DNA of 64,000 nt from Felis catus. Its lineage: Eukaryota. Location: assembly GCF_018350175.1 (NCBI RefSeq), contig NC_058368.1, positions 105,340,001 to 105,404,000 on the forward strand. The letters run 5' to 3'. The translations under genes were made by a program, and so were the position numbers. Positions 63,085 to 64,000 of the stretch are shown here, piece by piece (positions within the stretch are counted from its first letter, which is position 1; every line of letters begins with the position of its first letter). The notes beneath the pieces were generated by a model. It saw nothing but the letters and a program-made list of their open reading frames with translations. It had not been told where the DNA came from and did not search any database.

Positions 63085-64000
63085 CTGAATCAGGTTTTCC
63101 ATGAAGTCAACAGCACATAAAGTTCATAATCTTCACTTCCAAGGTATCTTCCAAGCCTCTGGAAGGGACCCTAGAAATGTGCTCAGGGGATTTTGTATTT
63201 CTATAAAATATAAAAACGTGAGATCTTCTAACAGAAATTAGTTAAGGCCACTGTCTCTTTCCACTCCTATGTCCTAACGTCACTTTTCATATTGGTAACT
63301 TGCCGGGAGGCATGTTTAACATCCTCTTTAAGGAAAAATTGAATAGAGTATAAATACATTTACTTTGGCTTTGTTGAAATATATTCATGGATTCACAATC
63401 ACTTCCATGTATAAATATTATTGCAAGCCATCCTCGTGTAAGAAATGGCTTTCGGGAACATTTCTAATGCTTACTGTGACTACTCACCGGCCTCACAACA
63501 CAAACGTGCAGAGCCAGGGCTTGTATTGTGACGTAAGGTGCCCTATGACACCTGGCAACGGAAGTATGTGGGTGAAGAAGGAAACATAGGGAGTCAGAGC
63601 TAATCTTTGGAAAACTCTCCCAGGCATCAGACTTGTAAAATTGTGAGTGGAGAATGCAGTTCTCATAAATGACTGGTCAAAGTAGAAGTTTTCTTTCTGT
63701 CAAAGATACATTCCAGATTGCAGCAAATATAATTATAACCACACCATTATTTTTTTCCCTTTGGATGGCAATCACATGAAATAAAGTTTCTTGCAATTTC
63801 TGTGTTTGGAGGAATGCAAACAGAGTACACATGTGAATGAAACTTTTAGGTGTTTCCCAAACTTGACAACAATCTATAATTTTCTTGACTAAAATTGGGT
63901 TGTAGAAATAAAGACACTTTTGTAAACTATGAATAATAAAAAACAAATTGCAATCGACCATTCTGGTGAAAAGATTATTTTCTCTACAGAAAATGATATA
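63085..64000 (+). mobile_element. Zaphod/MER115-like hAT-Tip100 DNA transposon fossil, internally deleted, running off the window end
   Basis: The 3' part translates to degenerate hAT dimerisation-domain peptides: FPNLTTI (63854-63874), FCKL*IIKNKLQSTILVKRL (from 63918), STENDI (63983-64000). The 5' part resembles the recalled Zaphod left end (gttaaggccactgtctctttccactcc; ggaagtatgtgggt). Confidence 0.75.

Noticed and set aside
1..64000. CRISPR array, prokaryotic operon, numt or viral coding sequence
   Set aside because: No regularly spaced repeat-spacer units, no long ORFs, and no recognisable mitochondrial or gag/pol/env peptides; all recurring sequence is explained by dispersed mammalian repeats.

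Overview
Mammalian nuclear DNA from a cat-family (Felidae) genome. The evidence is about 30 tRNA-derived CanSINEs, including six near-consensus young felid copies, and one 5'-truncated felid-type LINE-1. I find no supportable protein-coding gene, RNA gene or CpG island, so the window reads as intergenic or deep-intronic. The ORF track consists of SINE and L1 read-throughs, microsatellite frames and chance ORFs. Much of the window is layered transposable-element debris: ancient L1M/L2/MIR, MaLR/ERVL/ERV1 solo LTRs, hAT DNA-transposon fossils (MER58, MER5A, MER81, MER94, Zaphod-like) and carnivore/felid SINEs. Many insertions keep readable target-site duplications (TSDs). I do not see an undescribed biological system. 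The points worth a second look are an L1 fossil with segments out of order, a three-level nested insertion, a poly(A)-only retroinsertion, a non-TPRT filler patch inside an L1, an antisense SINE-in-SINE, a Zaphod-like hAT fossil, candidate non-coding exons and candidate enhancer motif clusters in repeat-poor stretches. Repeat family names come from recalled consensus features, not a database search, and boundaries of old elements are approximate.
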